Of a stretch of 64,000 nt of DNA, positions 27,311-36,675 are shown in pieces. The stretch spans positions 7,055-71,054 of the forward strand of contig JAMBLJ010000013.1 of assembly GCA_023336815.1 (NCBI GenBank), given 5' to 3'. The notes beneath the pieces are model-generated. The model was given only the letters and a program-made list of their open reading frames with translations, had not been told where the DNA came from and did not search any database. Numbering within the stretch: the first letter of the stretch is position 1; each line of letters begins with the position of its first letter. Made by a program: the position numbers and the translations under genes. This DNA is from Actinomycetes bacterium (GTDB lineage: Bacteria; Actinomycetota; Acidimicrobiia; Spongiisociales; UBA5794).

Positions 27311-28660
27311 ATGGCTTTCACGATCACGATGCCTCAGCTTGGCGAGACGGTCACAGAGGGGACCATCCTTGCCTGGGTGAAGCAGATCGGCGAGTACGTC
27401 GCTGAGGACGACATCCTCGTGGAATTGTCGACCGACAAGGTCGATACCGAAATCCCGTCGCCAGCCTCCGGTGTTCTCGTTGAGATCCTCGTTCCGGCAG
27501 GTACAACCGTTGAGGTGGGAACGCCTTTGGCGATTCTGGATGACGATGGTCAGACTGCAACAGAAGATCGGTCGACAGTTGACAGCCAACAGCCACCAGC
27601 AGAAGAGCAGTTGACAGTTGACAGCCGGCAGCCGACAGCCGGAGATCATCCAGCAGTCGAGACAACGGTGTCGCCGGCTTCGAGTGTTCAACAGGTCAGC
27701 GCAGAGAAGACGGCAAGACGCGGGGTGCTGTCGCCGGTGGTACGCAAGCTCGCGGCGGAACACAACATTGATGTAGCGATGGTTCCTGGCACCGGTGATG
27801 GTGGAAGGATCACCCGAAAGGACATCGAGGCGTTCATCGCCGCCCGGCGTGTTTCCCCTGCGCCCGATGCAACTCAAACCTCAGCCACACCGGCATCGGT
27901 CGTCCGGCCATCGGCACCTCGTCCTTCAGACTCGGTACGGCCTGGAGACGTCCGTGAGATCCCACGACTCCGAGCGCGGATCGCCGAGAATCTCGTGCAG
28001 GCGAAGCAGTCGGCAGCCCATGTATGGACATCGGTTGAGGTCGACTACGAACGTGTCGCATCCGTGAGGGCGAGACACGGCGACACGTTCAAGACGTCTG
28101 AAGGTTTCTCGCTCACGTACCTGCCCTTCATTGCGAGGGCAACGATGGACGCCCTCGCAGCGTACCCCGCAGTGTATTCGCTATTCGATATCGGGGCCGG
28201 AACCCAGTCGTTTCCACGAGACGTACACCTCGGGATCGCTGTTGATCTTGACCAGGCCGGTCTTGTTGTTGCGAACGTGAGGAACGCAGATTCCATGACA
28301 CTTAAGGGTCTTGCCAGGGCGATTCGTTCCGTGGCTACCGATGCTCGTGCCGGGAATCTGGGACCTGACGATCTCGCTGGATTCTCTTTCTCGATCACCA
28401 ATCCTGGACCGTTCGGGTCATTCATGAGCGTCCCGATCATCCCGTCTCCCACCGCCGCCATCCTCAGCACGGACACCGTGGTGAAGAAGCCGGTTGTCGT
28501 GGAGCTCCCGGACGGGTCCGATGGTCTTGCGATCCACCACATTGGATATCTCGGGTTGAGCTGGGACCACCGTGTCTTCGACGGTTCGACGGCCGTGCTG
28601 TTTCTCAAGCGGATCAAGGAGAATCTCGAGACCTGGGACTGGGAGCAAGAGCTGTCGTGA
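27311..28660 (+). CDS. Dihydrolipoamide acyltransferase E2 component (lipoyl domain + E3-binding + catalytic domain)
   Basis: Lipoyl-lysine motif TDKVDTEIPSP and catalytic DHRVFDG. Start at the ATG preceded by AAGGAG (27311); the upstream ORF extension is non-homologous. Confidence 0.85.
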   Translation: MAFTITMPQLGETVTEGTILAWVKQIGEYVAEDDILVELSTDKVDTEIPSPASGVLVEILVPAGTTVEVGTPLAILDDDGQTATEDRSTVDSQQPPAEEQLTVDSRQPTAGDHPAVETTVSPASSVQQVSAEKTARRGVLSPVVRKLAAEHNIDVAMVPGTGDGGRITRKDIEAFIAARRVSPAPDATQTSATPASVVRPSAPRPSDSVRPGDVREIPRLRARIAENLVQAKQSAAHVWTSVEVDYERVASVRARHGDTFKTSEGFSLTYLPFIARATMDALAAYPAVYSLFDIGAGTQSFPRDVHLGIAVDLDQAGLVVANVRNADSMTLKGLARAIRSVATDARAGNLGPDDLAGFSFSITNPGPFGSFMSVPIIPSPTAAILSTDTVVKKPVVVELPDGSDGLAIHHIGYLGLSWDHRVFDGSTAVLFLKRIKENLETWDWEQELS

Positions 28661-30315
28661 CGCTCGCGGTTACCAAGACCTTGCGGACACGGTGGCTTGG
28701 TCGCGTGACGTACGAGGAAGCGTGGGATCTCCAGAAGGCGATCTGGGAAGGTCGAACATCCGGCCGTACCGAAGACGACTATGTGCTGCTTCTCGAACAC
28801 CCCCACACCTACACCATTGGGCGTAATGGCGACGGCTCGAACCTGAAGATATCCGACGCCCGGCTGTCGGGTATCGGTGCGATCGTCCGTGAGGTCGACA
28901 GGGGCGGTGACATCACGTACCACGGACCAGGGCAACTTGTTGGATACCCGATCGTGGCGATCCCGGATATCGAAGGTGGATTCGACGCGGTCGGTCACGT
29001 GCGACGGATCGAGGAGGTGCTCGTTGCAACGCTTGCAGATCTTGGTATCGATGCGTGGGTGGAGACGGGATACACAGGTGTGTGGACCGGGGCGGGGAAG
29101 GTCGCAGCGATCGGCGTACGGGTGTCGAGGGGCGTATCGACCCACGGATTCGCACTCAACATCGACCCTGACATGACGTACTTCGGTCACATCGTTCCCT
29201 GTGGCATCACCGACAGAGCGGTTACGTCCGTATCCGAGATATTGGGTCGCACGATCTCGATCGAAGAGATCGTCGATCTGCTCGTTCCCCATCTCGAAGC
29301 TCTGTCGGTTAGCGACGATAATGAGATCCAACTTGGTGCGTTCTCTCGAGGAACGGGTCGGTCGAGCTATGAGGTCGATCGGATGGTCGATGACGGTGTG
29401 TTCAGTCCCAGGACGGCGACCGATGTACCTCTCATGATCAGGGGTCTCCTCGCTGGCGAGCCCGAGAAGCCGGACTGGATGAAGGTCCGCATCGACTTGC
29501 GCGATCCGAAGTTCAAGGAGCTGAAGAAGCTCAACAGTGAACTCGGTCTCAACACGGTATGTGAAGAGGCTGGCTGTCCAAACATATACGAGTGCTGGTC
29601 ATCCGGTACATCCACGCTGATGTTGCTTGGTGAGACGTGTACCCGTGCATGTTCGTTCTGCGACGTCAACACGGGCAAACCCGGAGCTGTTGACGAGGAC
29701 GAGCCGATGCGCGCTGCAGAGGCGATCGCAGCGATGCGTCTCAATCATGCCGTTCTGACATCGGTCAACCGGGATGATCTCGACGACGGGGGCGCGACGA
29801 TCTTCGCTCGCACGATTCACGAGATACAGGAGCGACTCCCAGACTGCGATGTCGAGGTGCTCATCCCGGACTTCAAAGGCGAGCTGGTCCCACTCGAGAT
29901 CGTCCTCGGTGCGAAGCCATCCGTCCTGAACCACAATACGGAGACGGTGCTTCGCCTCCAGCGTGAGATCAGGACGGGTGCGAACTATGCCAGGTCTTTG
30001 ACGCTGCTCGCCAGGGCGAGGTGGGCGAATCCATCGTCGACGGTCAAGTCAGGACTCATCGTTGGCATGGGTGAGACGGATGAGGAGATCATCGGAGCAT
30101 TGGCAGATCTCAACGCAGTTGGCGTGAACGTGGTGACGATCGGTCAGTATCTCAGACCAACGGCTCACCATCGCAAGGTCCACAGGTATGTACAACCGTA
30201 TGTATTCGATGACTACAAGATCGCAGGTGAGTCGTTCGGTCTGGCACATGTTGAGTCCGGCCCGCTGGTGAGAAGCTCGTACCACGCACGTGAAGCACTC
30301 GAGGCGGCTGTGTGA
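28657..30315 (+). CDS. lipB/lipA: LipB-LipA fusion ORF: octanoyltransferase (aa 1-225) fused in frame to lipoyl synthase (aa 243-552)
   Basis: LipB motifs: AGKVAAIG lysine and HIVPCGI cysteine. LipA motifs: CEEAGCPNIYEC and radical-SAM CTRACSFC. One continuous 552-aa ORF. Internal ATG at 29383 with GAGG upstream. Confidence 0.8.
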   Translation: MTLAVTKTLRTRWLGRVTYEEAWDLQKAIWEGRTSGRTEDDYVLLLEHPHTYTIGRNGDGSNLKISDARLSGIGAIVREVDRGGDITYHGPGQLVGYPIVAIPDIEGGFDAVGHVRRIEEVLVATLADLGIDAWVETGYTGVWTGAGKVAAIGVRVSRGVSTHGFALNIDPDMTYFGHIVPCGITDRAVTSVSEILGRTISIEEIVDLLVPHLEALSVSDDNEIQLGAFSRGTGRSSYEVDRMVDDGVFSPRTATDVPLMIRGLLAGEPEKPDWMKVRIDLRDPKFKELKKLNSELGLNTVCEEAGCPNIYECWSSGTSTLMLLGETCTRACSFCDVNTGKPGAVDEDEPMRAAEAIAAMRLNHAVLTSVNRDDLDDGGATIFARTIHEIQERLPDCDVEVLIPDFKGELVPLEIVLGAKPSVLNHNTETVLRLQREIRTGANYARSLTLLARARWANPSSTVKSGLIVGMGETDEEIIGALADLNAVGVNVVTIGQYLRPTAHHRKVHRYVQPYVFDDYKIAGESFGLAHVESGPLVRSSYHAREALEAAV

Positions 30316-31400
30316 GCGACTTCTCCGATCGGATCGGCAACGTCAAGGCCGCAATGGCCGATCGGAATGTCGATGCCCTCTGTGTTTCGGTTGGTTCAGA
30401 CTTGCCCTACCTCACCGGATATCGCGCGATGCCGCTCGAGCGTGTGACGATGCTCGTCATTCCGTCGAACGGACGTCCTGTGCTCGTGGTTCCCGGTCTG
30501 GAAGCTCCACGGGTCGATGTTGTAGATGGTGCGTTCGATGTGTACGGCTGGGCAGAGTCAGATGACCCGATCGCCTATATCGATCAGCTTCTGCACGGTG
30601 CAACATCGGTTGCGATGGGAGACGAGACGTGGTCGCGCTTCGTCCTACAACTCCAGGAGCGGAACACCGCACGCGACTTCACTCCCGCAAGCGAACTGAT
30701 GGCGGCTTTGCGCATCCGAAAATCGCCGCTAGAGATCGAAGCGTTGAGGAACGCAGCCCACACGGTCGATGCTGTTGTGGACGAGATGGCACAGGTTCGC
30801 TTCTCCGGCAGGACTGAGAGAGACGTGTCGCGTGAAGTGATCGATAGGACCATCGCCGGTGGACATGAGACCATGGACTTCTGGATTGTTGCGTCCGGTC
30901 CCAACGGGGCCTCTCCACATCACGAACCTGGAGATCGGGTGATCGAGTCCGGCGATGCAGTTGTCGTCGACTTCGGTGGATACCAGAACGGCTATTGCTC
31001 TGACACAACACGCATGTTCGTGGTCGACCGGCCTCCCCACGGTTTCGATGACGCGTTCGAGGTGCTCCAGGCGGCACAAGCGGCTGCTGTGGAGGCAGTT
31101 CGACCTGGTGTCACGGCAGCGTCGATCGATGCCGTGGCCAGGGACCTGATCGTCGAAGCCGGATACGGCGAGCTGTTCATTCACCGACTCGGGCACGGAA
31201 TCGGGATGGACACCCACGAGCATCCCTATCTCGTCGAAGGGAACGATCTGGTGATCGAACCTGGAATGGTCTTTTCGATCGAACCAGGCATCTATGTCCC
31301 TGACGACTGGGGGATGCGCATCGAGGACATCATTGCTGTCACGGACGACGGTGTTGAACGACTCAACCGTTCCGACCGGTCCTATCGAGTGGTTTCCTAA
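30312..31400 (+). CDS. M24 family Xaa-Pro aminopeptidase / metallopeptidase
   Basis: Pita-bread fold metal ligands (HRLGHGIG, EPGIY). Confidence 0.8.
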   Translation: MSDFSDRIGNVKAAMADRNVDALCVSVGSDLPYLTGYRAMPLERVTMLVIPSNGRPVLVVPGLEAPRVDVVDGAFDVYGWAESDDPIAYIDQLLHGATSVAMGDETWSRFVLQLQERNTARDFTPASELMAALRIRKSPLEIEALRNAAHTVDAVVDEMAQVRFSGRTERDVSREVIDRTIAGGHETMDFWIVASGPNGASPHHEPGDRVIESGDAVVVDFGGYQNGYCSDTTRMFVVDRPPHGFDDAFEVLQAAQAAAVEAVRPGVTAASIDAVARDLIVEAGYGELFIHRLGHGIGMDTHEHPYLVEGNDLVIEPGMVFSIEPGIYVPDDWGMRIEDIIAVTDDGVERLNRSDRSYRVVS

Positions 31401-31466
31401 AGGCTTCTGTCGTGCTGTCTTACGTTACGCCAGCATTCTGTTGTGAGATCCGCCAGAATGGGCTGC

Positions 31467-32096
31467 ATGGATGTCACCATCACCAAACTCGTACATGCGT
31501 GCCTGCTCATCGAGACAGAGGGTACGCGAGTCCTCGTCGACCCTGGAAGCTTCTCATGGCAGGATGAACGGCTCGATCTGGGCATGGTCGAGGGGGTTGA
31601 TCGCGTCTTGATAACACACGAACACGGCGACCACGTGTCCGTCCCGTTCGTCAAGGGGGTTCTGGAGCGGTCCAATAACGCCCAGATCGAGACCACACCT
31701 GCGCTTGCTGCGATGCTGGCGAGCGAGGACCTCGATGCTGTGACCACGGGCACGCCGCAGTTTGCAGCACCACACGAACGTCTCCCGATCGGACCCGGTC
31801 CTCAGAACACAGGTTTCCATGTAGGAGGGGTGCTCTCGCACCCGGGAGACAGCCACAGTTTCGCTGAGACGATGCCGATCCTGGCCATGCCCTTCATCTC
31901 ACCTTGGGGATCACTCACGATCGCAGTGGATCGTGTACGCCTGGTCAAACCGCGCTATGTGATCCCGATACACGACTGGTTCCTCAGCAATGATGGTGCG
32001 TCGTTCATGTATCGACTGGCAGCGACCGGACTGAGCGGTGATCCCATCGAGCTCGTCACGATCGATGACTTCACGAACGTGACGCTGTCCGTCTGA
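31467..32096 (+). CDS. MBL-fold metallo-hydrolase
   Basis: ITHEHGDH motif. Confidence 0.7.
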   Translation: MDVTITKLVHACLLIETEGTRVLVDPGSFSWQDERLDLGMVEGVDRVLITHEHGDHVSVPFVKGVLERSNNAQIETTPALAAMLASEDLDAVTTGTPQFAAPHERLPIGPGPQNTGFHVGGVLSHPGDSHSFAETMPILAMPFISPWGSLTIAVDRVRLVKPRYVIPIHDWFLSNDGASFMYRLAATGLSGDPIELVTIDDFTNVTLSV

Positions 32097-32198
32097 TCGA
32101 GGTCGGCGGCCGCCCGACTCGTAATCGTGTACGTGTGTGACCAGCTGACCGGGTCCTGATTCCTGCTGAACGGTACTCTGCGGGATTCAGGAGGTGCG

Positions 32199-34175
32199 AT
32201 GACCAACGAACAGCGCGCGGTTGATGCGATCAGGGTTCTCTCCATGGATGCGATCCAGAAGGCGAACTCCGGACATCCGGGAATGCCTATGGGTATGGCA
32301 GATATCGCATTCGTTATCTGGACCAAGTTTCTCAACGTTGATCCATCGGATCCAACGTGGCGGGACAGGGATAGGTTCATCGTTTCGAACGGTCACGGAT
32401 CGATGCTGCTCTACAGTCTGCTTCACTTTTCCGGGTTCGCCATCACGATGGAAGACATCGAACAGTTTCGACAATGGGGTTCCGAAACCCCAGGTCACCC
32501 CGAGTACAACCTCGCAGTCGGTATCGAGACAACGACGGGTCCCCTCGGACAGGGCTTCGGCACCGCCGTGGGTATGGCGATCGCTGAGGAACACCTCCGA
32601 TCGGTCCATGGCACGGACCTGACCGACCACACCACCTACGTGCTGTGCGGCGATGGCGATCTCATGGAGGGAGTGTCAGCGGAAGCCGCCTCGCTGGCAG
32701 GCCACCTCGGTCTCGGACGGTTGATCGTCTACTACGACGACAACTCGATCACGATCGATGGATCGACGAGCCTCGCCTTCACGGAAGACGTCCCGGCAAG
32801 GTTCGCCGCCTACGGATGGCAGACTATCTCCGTCGACGGACACGATCGCGATGCGATTGAAGGCGCAACGATCGAAGCGCGCGCCGATCACGACCATCCG
32901 ACGCTCATCGCCTGTAAGACCCACATCGGTTTTGGGGCACCGACGAAGGTGGATACGGCAGCAGCTCATGGGTCACCGCTTGGCGTAGAAGAGATCGCGG
33001 CGGCCAGAGAGACGATGGGATGGGATTTCCCACCATTCCAGATACCTGACGAGGTGTACTCGGCCTATCAGTCTGTCAGTGAACGAGGCAAACGAGTACA
33101 TGCCGCGTGGGCCGAGGGCGTCGAGACCGCCCGCATCGCTGACCCCGGCCGTGTCAGCTCCTGGGAGGAGATATGGGAGCCTGCGGATGTTGCACTTGAG
33201 GCCCCCGGCGCGGAACCAGGGTCGAAGATCGCGACACGAAAGCTCTCGGAGGTGGTCATCCAGCAACTCGCGGCATTGCGTCCCGATGTAGTCGGTGGTT
33301 CGGCGGATCTGGCCCCATCGACGAACACGGTTATCAAGGATTCAACAGATTTCTCTTCCAGTGACCGCACGGGACGCAACATGCGATACGGGATCCGCGA
33401 ACACGCCATGGGTGCGGCGGTGAACGGGATGACCCAACACGGTGGCGTCCGTGGTTTTGGCGCAACCTTCCTGACGTTCTCCGACTACATGCGACCCTCG
33501 GTCCGGCTTGCAGCGCTTATGGGTCTGGGCTCGATCTACGTGTGGACACACGACTCGGTCTTCCTTGGTGAGGATGGACCGACCCACCAGCCGATCGAGC
33601 ATGTGGCGAGTCTGCGTCTGATCCCTGGACTCGAAGTGCATCGCCCCGCTGATCCAACCGAGACCGCTGCGGCGTGGCAGCAGGCGATCAATCGTACCGA
33701 CGGACCATCTGCGATCATTCTCACGAGGCAGGGTCTCCCGGTCCCCGTGAGGCCACCTGCCATGTCCGACATTCTTCTGGGCGGCTATGTCCGAAGGGAG
33801 GGATCGGATGTTGTCCTCGTCGCAACCGGATCCGAGGTGCAGCTCGCTGAAGGGGCCGCGTCGATCCTCGCTGCGAACGGAGTTTCGGCGAGAGTCGTAT
33901 CGATGCCATGTGTCGAGATCTTCATGGTCCAGGAACCGGCGTACAGACGAAAGATTCTCGGACTCGACCTCCCTATATTCACGATCGAAGCGGGAACCAC
34001 GCTGGTGTGGAGGTCAATGACAGCCAACGGTGGCTGTGCGATCGGAATAGACCACTTTGGGGCATCAGCACCCGCCGATGACCTGGCCCTCCAGTACGGG
34101 CTCACCCCCGACGCGGTCGCGGCCGAGGTGCTTGGGCGAACACAGCACACGGAAAGCCGAGGAGACAACGAATGA
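32199..34175 (+). CDS. tkt: Transketolase
   Basis: SGHPGMPMGMA TPP-binding N-terminus. 658 aa. RBS AGGAGG. Confidence 0.95.
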   Translation: MTNEQRAVDAIRVLSMDAIQKANSGHPGMPMGMADIAFVIWTKFLNVDPSDPTWRDRDRFIVSNGHGSMLLYSLLHFSGFAITMEDIEQFRQWGSETPGHPEYNLAVGIETTTGPLGQGFGTAVGMAIAEEHLRSVHGTDLTDHTTYVLCGDGDLMEGVSAEAASLAGHLGLGRLIVYYDDNSITIDGSTSLAFTEDVPARFAAYGWQTISVDGHDRDAIEGATIEARADHDHPTLIACKTHIGFGAPTKVDTAAAHGSPLGVEEIAAARETMGWDFPPFQIPDEVYSAYQSVSERGKRVHAAWAEGVETARIADPGRVSSWEEIWEPADVALEAPGAEPGSKIATRKLSEVVIQQLAALRPDVVGGSADLAPSTNTVIKDSTDFSSSDRTGRNMRYGIREHAMGAAVNGMTQHGGVRGFGATFLTFSDYMRPSVRLAALMGLGSIYVWTHDSVFLGEDGPTHQPIEHVASLRLIPGLEVHRPADPTETAAAWQQAINRTDGPSAIILTRQGLPVPVRPPAMSDILLGGYVRREGSDVVLVATGSEVQLAEGAASILAANGVSARVVSMPCVEIFMVQEPAYRRKILGLDLPIFTIEAGTTLVWRSMTANGGCAIGIDHFGASAPADDLALQYGLTPDAVAAEVLGRTQHTESRGDNE

Positions 34176-35611
34176 TCAGCATTATTGCCGGAAGCACACA
34201 CGGAGCCGATCTTCTGATCATCCCGGTCCTTACGGACCGGATCCTCGCATGTGACCCTGACCTATCGCCCGATCTCGACGAGGTGTCCACTCTCCTGGAT
34301 GCGAGAGATTTCGACGGCAAGCGCGGGGAATCCGTGTTCGTGCCGACTCCGGGGGGTCCAACTCCAGAAGTGTTGCTTGTGGGACTCGGTGACGAGATCG
34401 ACGCCGAGACACTGCGCCGAGCCGCAGGTTCCGCCGTTCGTACCGCTTCCAGATACACAACCGTGGCATCGGCGTTGAACCAGGTCGATATCGACGATGC
34501 CGCGAATGCCGCTGCCCTCGGAACTTGGTTGGGTGCGTACTCATTCGATGAGTACAAGTCTCAACCGAAGACACCGAAGATCTCGACCATGGTTCTGGTG
34601 TCCAACAACGATATATCAGCACAGATCGACGATGCGCGAGCAGTCGCTTCCGGGGTCATCCTCGCGCGGGATCTCGTGAATCGACCCGCGAGGGACAAGG
34701 CCCCTCGACAGCTCGCGGCGATCGCCCAGGAACTTTCTGGATCGATCGTTGTGACCGTCTTCGAGGAAGACGAGATCGCTGAACGTGGCTTCGGTGGACT
34801 TGAAGCCGTCAACCTTGGAGCTGATGAACCCGCCAGAATGGTCGTGATGCGATACATGCCCGAAGGGGCAACGAAGACACTTGCGTTGGTAGGGAAGGGA
34901 ATCGTTTTCGATTCAGGTGGACTCTCGATCAAGCCAGCAGCTGGCATGGAGACCATGAAGACCGACATGGCTGGGGCTGCCGCGGTCATGGGTGCGATGC
35001 AGGCGATCGCTGAGATCGGTCTCACGATCAACGTCGTGGGGATCGCACCGATAACTGAGAACATGACGGGCGGATCCGCACAGCGGCCTGGTGACGTCAT
35101 GAAGGCATACAACGGGAAGACGATCGAGGTGCTCAACACAGATGCCGAAGGACGGCTTGTTCTTGCCGATGGTTTGGCGCTTGCTGTCGAGGAGGCACCT
35201 GACCTAGTGGTCGATATCGCGACGCTCACGGGCGCGTGCAAGGTTGCACTCGGTCCGCTGATTGGCGGGTTCTTCGCGACAGACGACGAGGCGGCGCATC
35301 TCGTTGATGTTGCGGCGAGTACTGCTGGTGAGAAACTGTGGCGTCTCCCACTCGAGGAGGAGTACCGGTCGATGATCGAATCGGATATCGCTGACATGAA
35401 GAACACCGCCGGGAGATGGGGAGGGGCTATCACCGCCGGTCTCATCCTGTCCGAGTTCGTCGGTGACACCCCATGGGTACATATCGATGTTGCCGGTCCG
35501 GCCCGAGCAGACAAGACGGAGCACTATCTCATCAAGGGCGGATCAGGGTTCGGTGTACGCACCCTCGTAGCTCTCGCCCGCACCATGCAATGCGAGTCAG
35601 CTGACAGCTGA
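34172..35611 (+). CDS. pepA: Leucyl aminopeptidase (M17)
   Basis: NTDAEGRLVLADGL signature. ATGA overlap with tkt. Confidence 0.9.
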   Translation: MISIIAGSTHGADLLIIPVLTDRILACDPDLSPDLDEVSTLLDARDFDGKRGESVFVPTPGGPTPEVLLVGLGDEIDAETLRRAAGSAVRTASRYTTVASALNQVDIDDAANAAALGTWLGAYSFDEYKSQPKTPKISTMVLVSNNDISAQIDDARAVASGVILARDLVNRPARDKAPRQLAAIAQELSGSIVVTVFEEDEIAERGFGGLEAVNLGADEPARMVVMRYMPEGATKTLALVGKGIVFDSGGLSIKPAAGMETMKTDMAGAAAVMGAMQAIAEIGLTINVVGIAPITENMTGGSAQRPGDVMKAYNGKTIEVLNTDAEGRLVLADGLALAVEEAPDLVVDIATLTGACKVALGPLIGGFFATDDEAAHLVDVAASTAGEKLWRLPLEEEYRSMIESDIADMKNTAGRWGGAITAGLILSEFVGDTPWVHIDVAGPARADKTEHYLIKGGSGFGVRTLVALARTMQCESADS

Positions 35612-35870
35612 CGGGAACGCTGCCGCGTTCCTTGGGCGTTGCTCCGCAACTCCGGCCAACTTCTTCTGCTGGCGGGAACGCTGCCGCGTTCCTTGGGCGT
35701 TGCTCCGCAACTCCGGCCGACTTCTTCTGCTGGCGGGAACGCTGCCGCGTTCCTTGGGAGTTGCTCCACAACTCCGGCTGTCTTCTCTTGCTGACGGCGG
35801 GAACGCTGCCGTGTTCCTTGGGAGTTGCTACCCAACTCCGGATGATGGCTGCTTCTTGCTGATTGCTGAC
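35612..35870. repeat. Four tandem degenerate copies of a 61-64 bp repeat, each containing the hairpin GGAACGC-TGCC-GCGTTCC and a second small palindrome GTTGC-tcc-GCAAC
   Basis: Copies begin at about 35612, 35673, 35734 and 35798. Located between the pepA stop and the downstream gene. Confidence 0.7.
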
Positions 35871-35964
35871 AACCTCTTCCCCCACGTTTCTCTCAACCGT
35901 GCGTGGAACCTTTCCGATACGGAACGTAGCAACTTGACTGCTGTCCGTGGAGGGTTCTCCCGCG

Positions 35965-36675
35965 ATGCGAAAACTCAGCAAACTTCTGACCCTTGCGGTC
36001 GCTGTAACCGTCTTCCTCGCAGCGTTCGCATCACCAGCGTTCGCCGGCGCTGAGAGCCAATTCGTCTCCAAGATCAACGCAGCCAGATCGGCTTCCGGCA
36101 AGGCTCCACTCGAGGTCTACTGGGATCTCACCGACGATGCACGTGCTCAATCGGCAGCGATGGCAGCGAAGGGCAGTATCTACCACAACCCTGGCCTGGC
36201 GGGTGTGACCAGCGGATGGCAGAAACTTGGTGAAAACGTCGGTGTCGGGTTCGATGTCAACATGCTGCATAAGGCGTTCATGGACTCGGCGGGGCATCGG
36301 GCGAACATCCTCGGGGACTTCAACTACATAGGTGTCGGTGTCAAGGTCGACGATGCAGGACTCATGTGGGCGACCATGATCTTCATGAAGGCACCGTCAG
36401 GTTTGAACGGCGGCGGCGAGACAACGACGACAACAACGCCACCCACAACGACTACGAATCCGCCTCAGCCAACGACGACGACAACTACCACAACCGCCAC
36501 ACCTTCGGGCGGCGAACCTGTGCCCGTTGTGTCCCCCGTGGTACCCAAACCTCGCAGGACAGATACAGCTAGTGCTGACGCGGGTGGATCATCGCCGGGG
36601 ACATCTTCAGCCAAACCAGAGAACTTCGACGTCGTTGTGGAATTTGGACGGCCACGGGGTCCCTACGCGTTCTGA
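35965..36675 (+). CDS. Secreted CAP/SCP/PR-1-like domain protein with a Thr/Pro-rich C-terminal linker
   Basis: Signal peptide. CAP-domain-like motifs (GHRANILG, YIGVGV). TTTTTPPTTTTNPPQPTTTTTTTT low-complexity linker. Confidence 0.65.
   Translation: MRKLSKLLTLAVAVTVFLAAFASPAFAGAESQFVSKINAARSASGKAPLEVYWDLTDDARAQSAAMAAKGSIYHNPGLAGVTSGWQKLGENVGVGFDVNMLHKAFMDSAGHRANILGDFNYIGVGVKVDDAGLMWATMIFMKAPSGLNGGGETTTTTTPPTTTTNPPQPTTTTTTTTATPSGGEPVPVVSPVVPKPRRTDTASADAGGSSPGTSSAKPENFDVVVEFGRPRGPYAF

Noticed and set aside
35612-35870. Possible CRISPR array
   Set aside because: The repeats are directly tandem with no unique spacers, the unit is 61 bp, and no cas genes are nearby. This is a tandem repeat (MIRU-like), not CRISPR.
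35524-36101. Minus-strand ORFs of 103 and 189 aa running through the 61-bp tandem repeat array
   Set aside because: The repetitive peptide sequence is generated by the DNA repeat itself. The ORFs overlap the pepA 3-prime end and the CAP gene start, and no homology was found. They are best explained as repeat artefacts.
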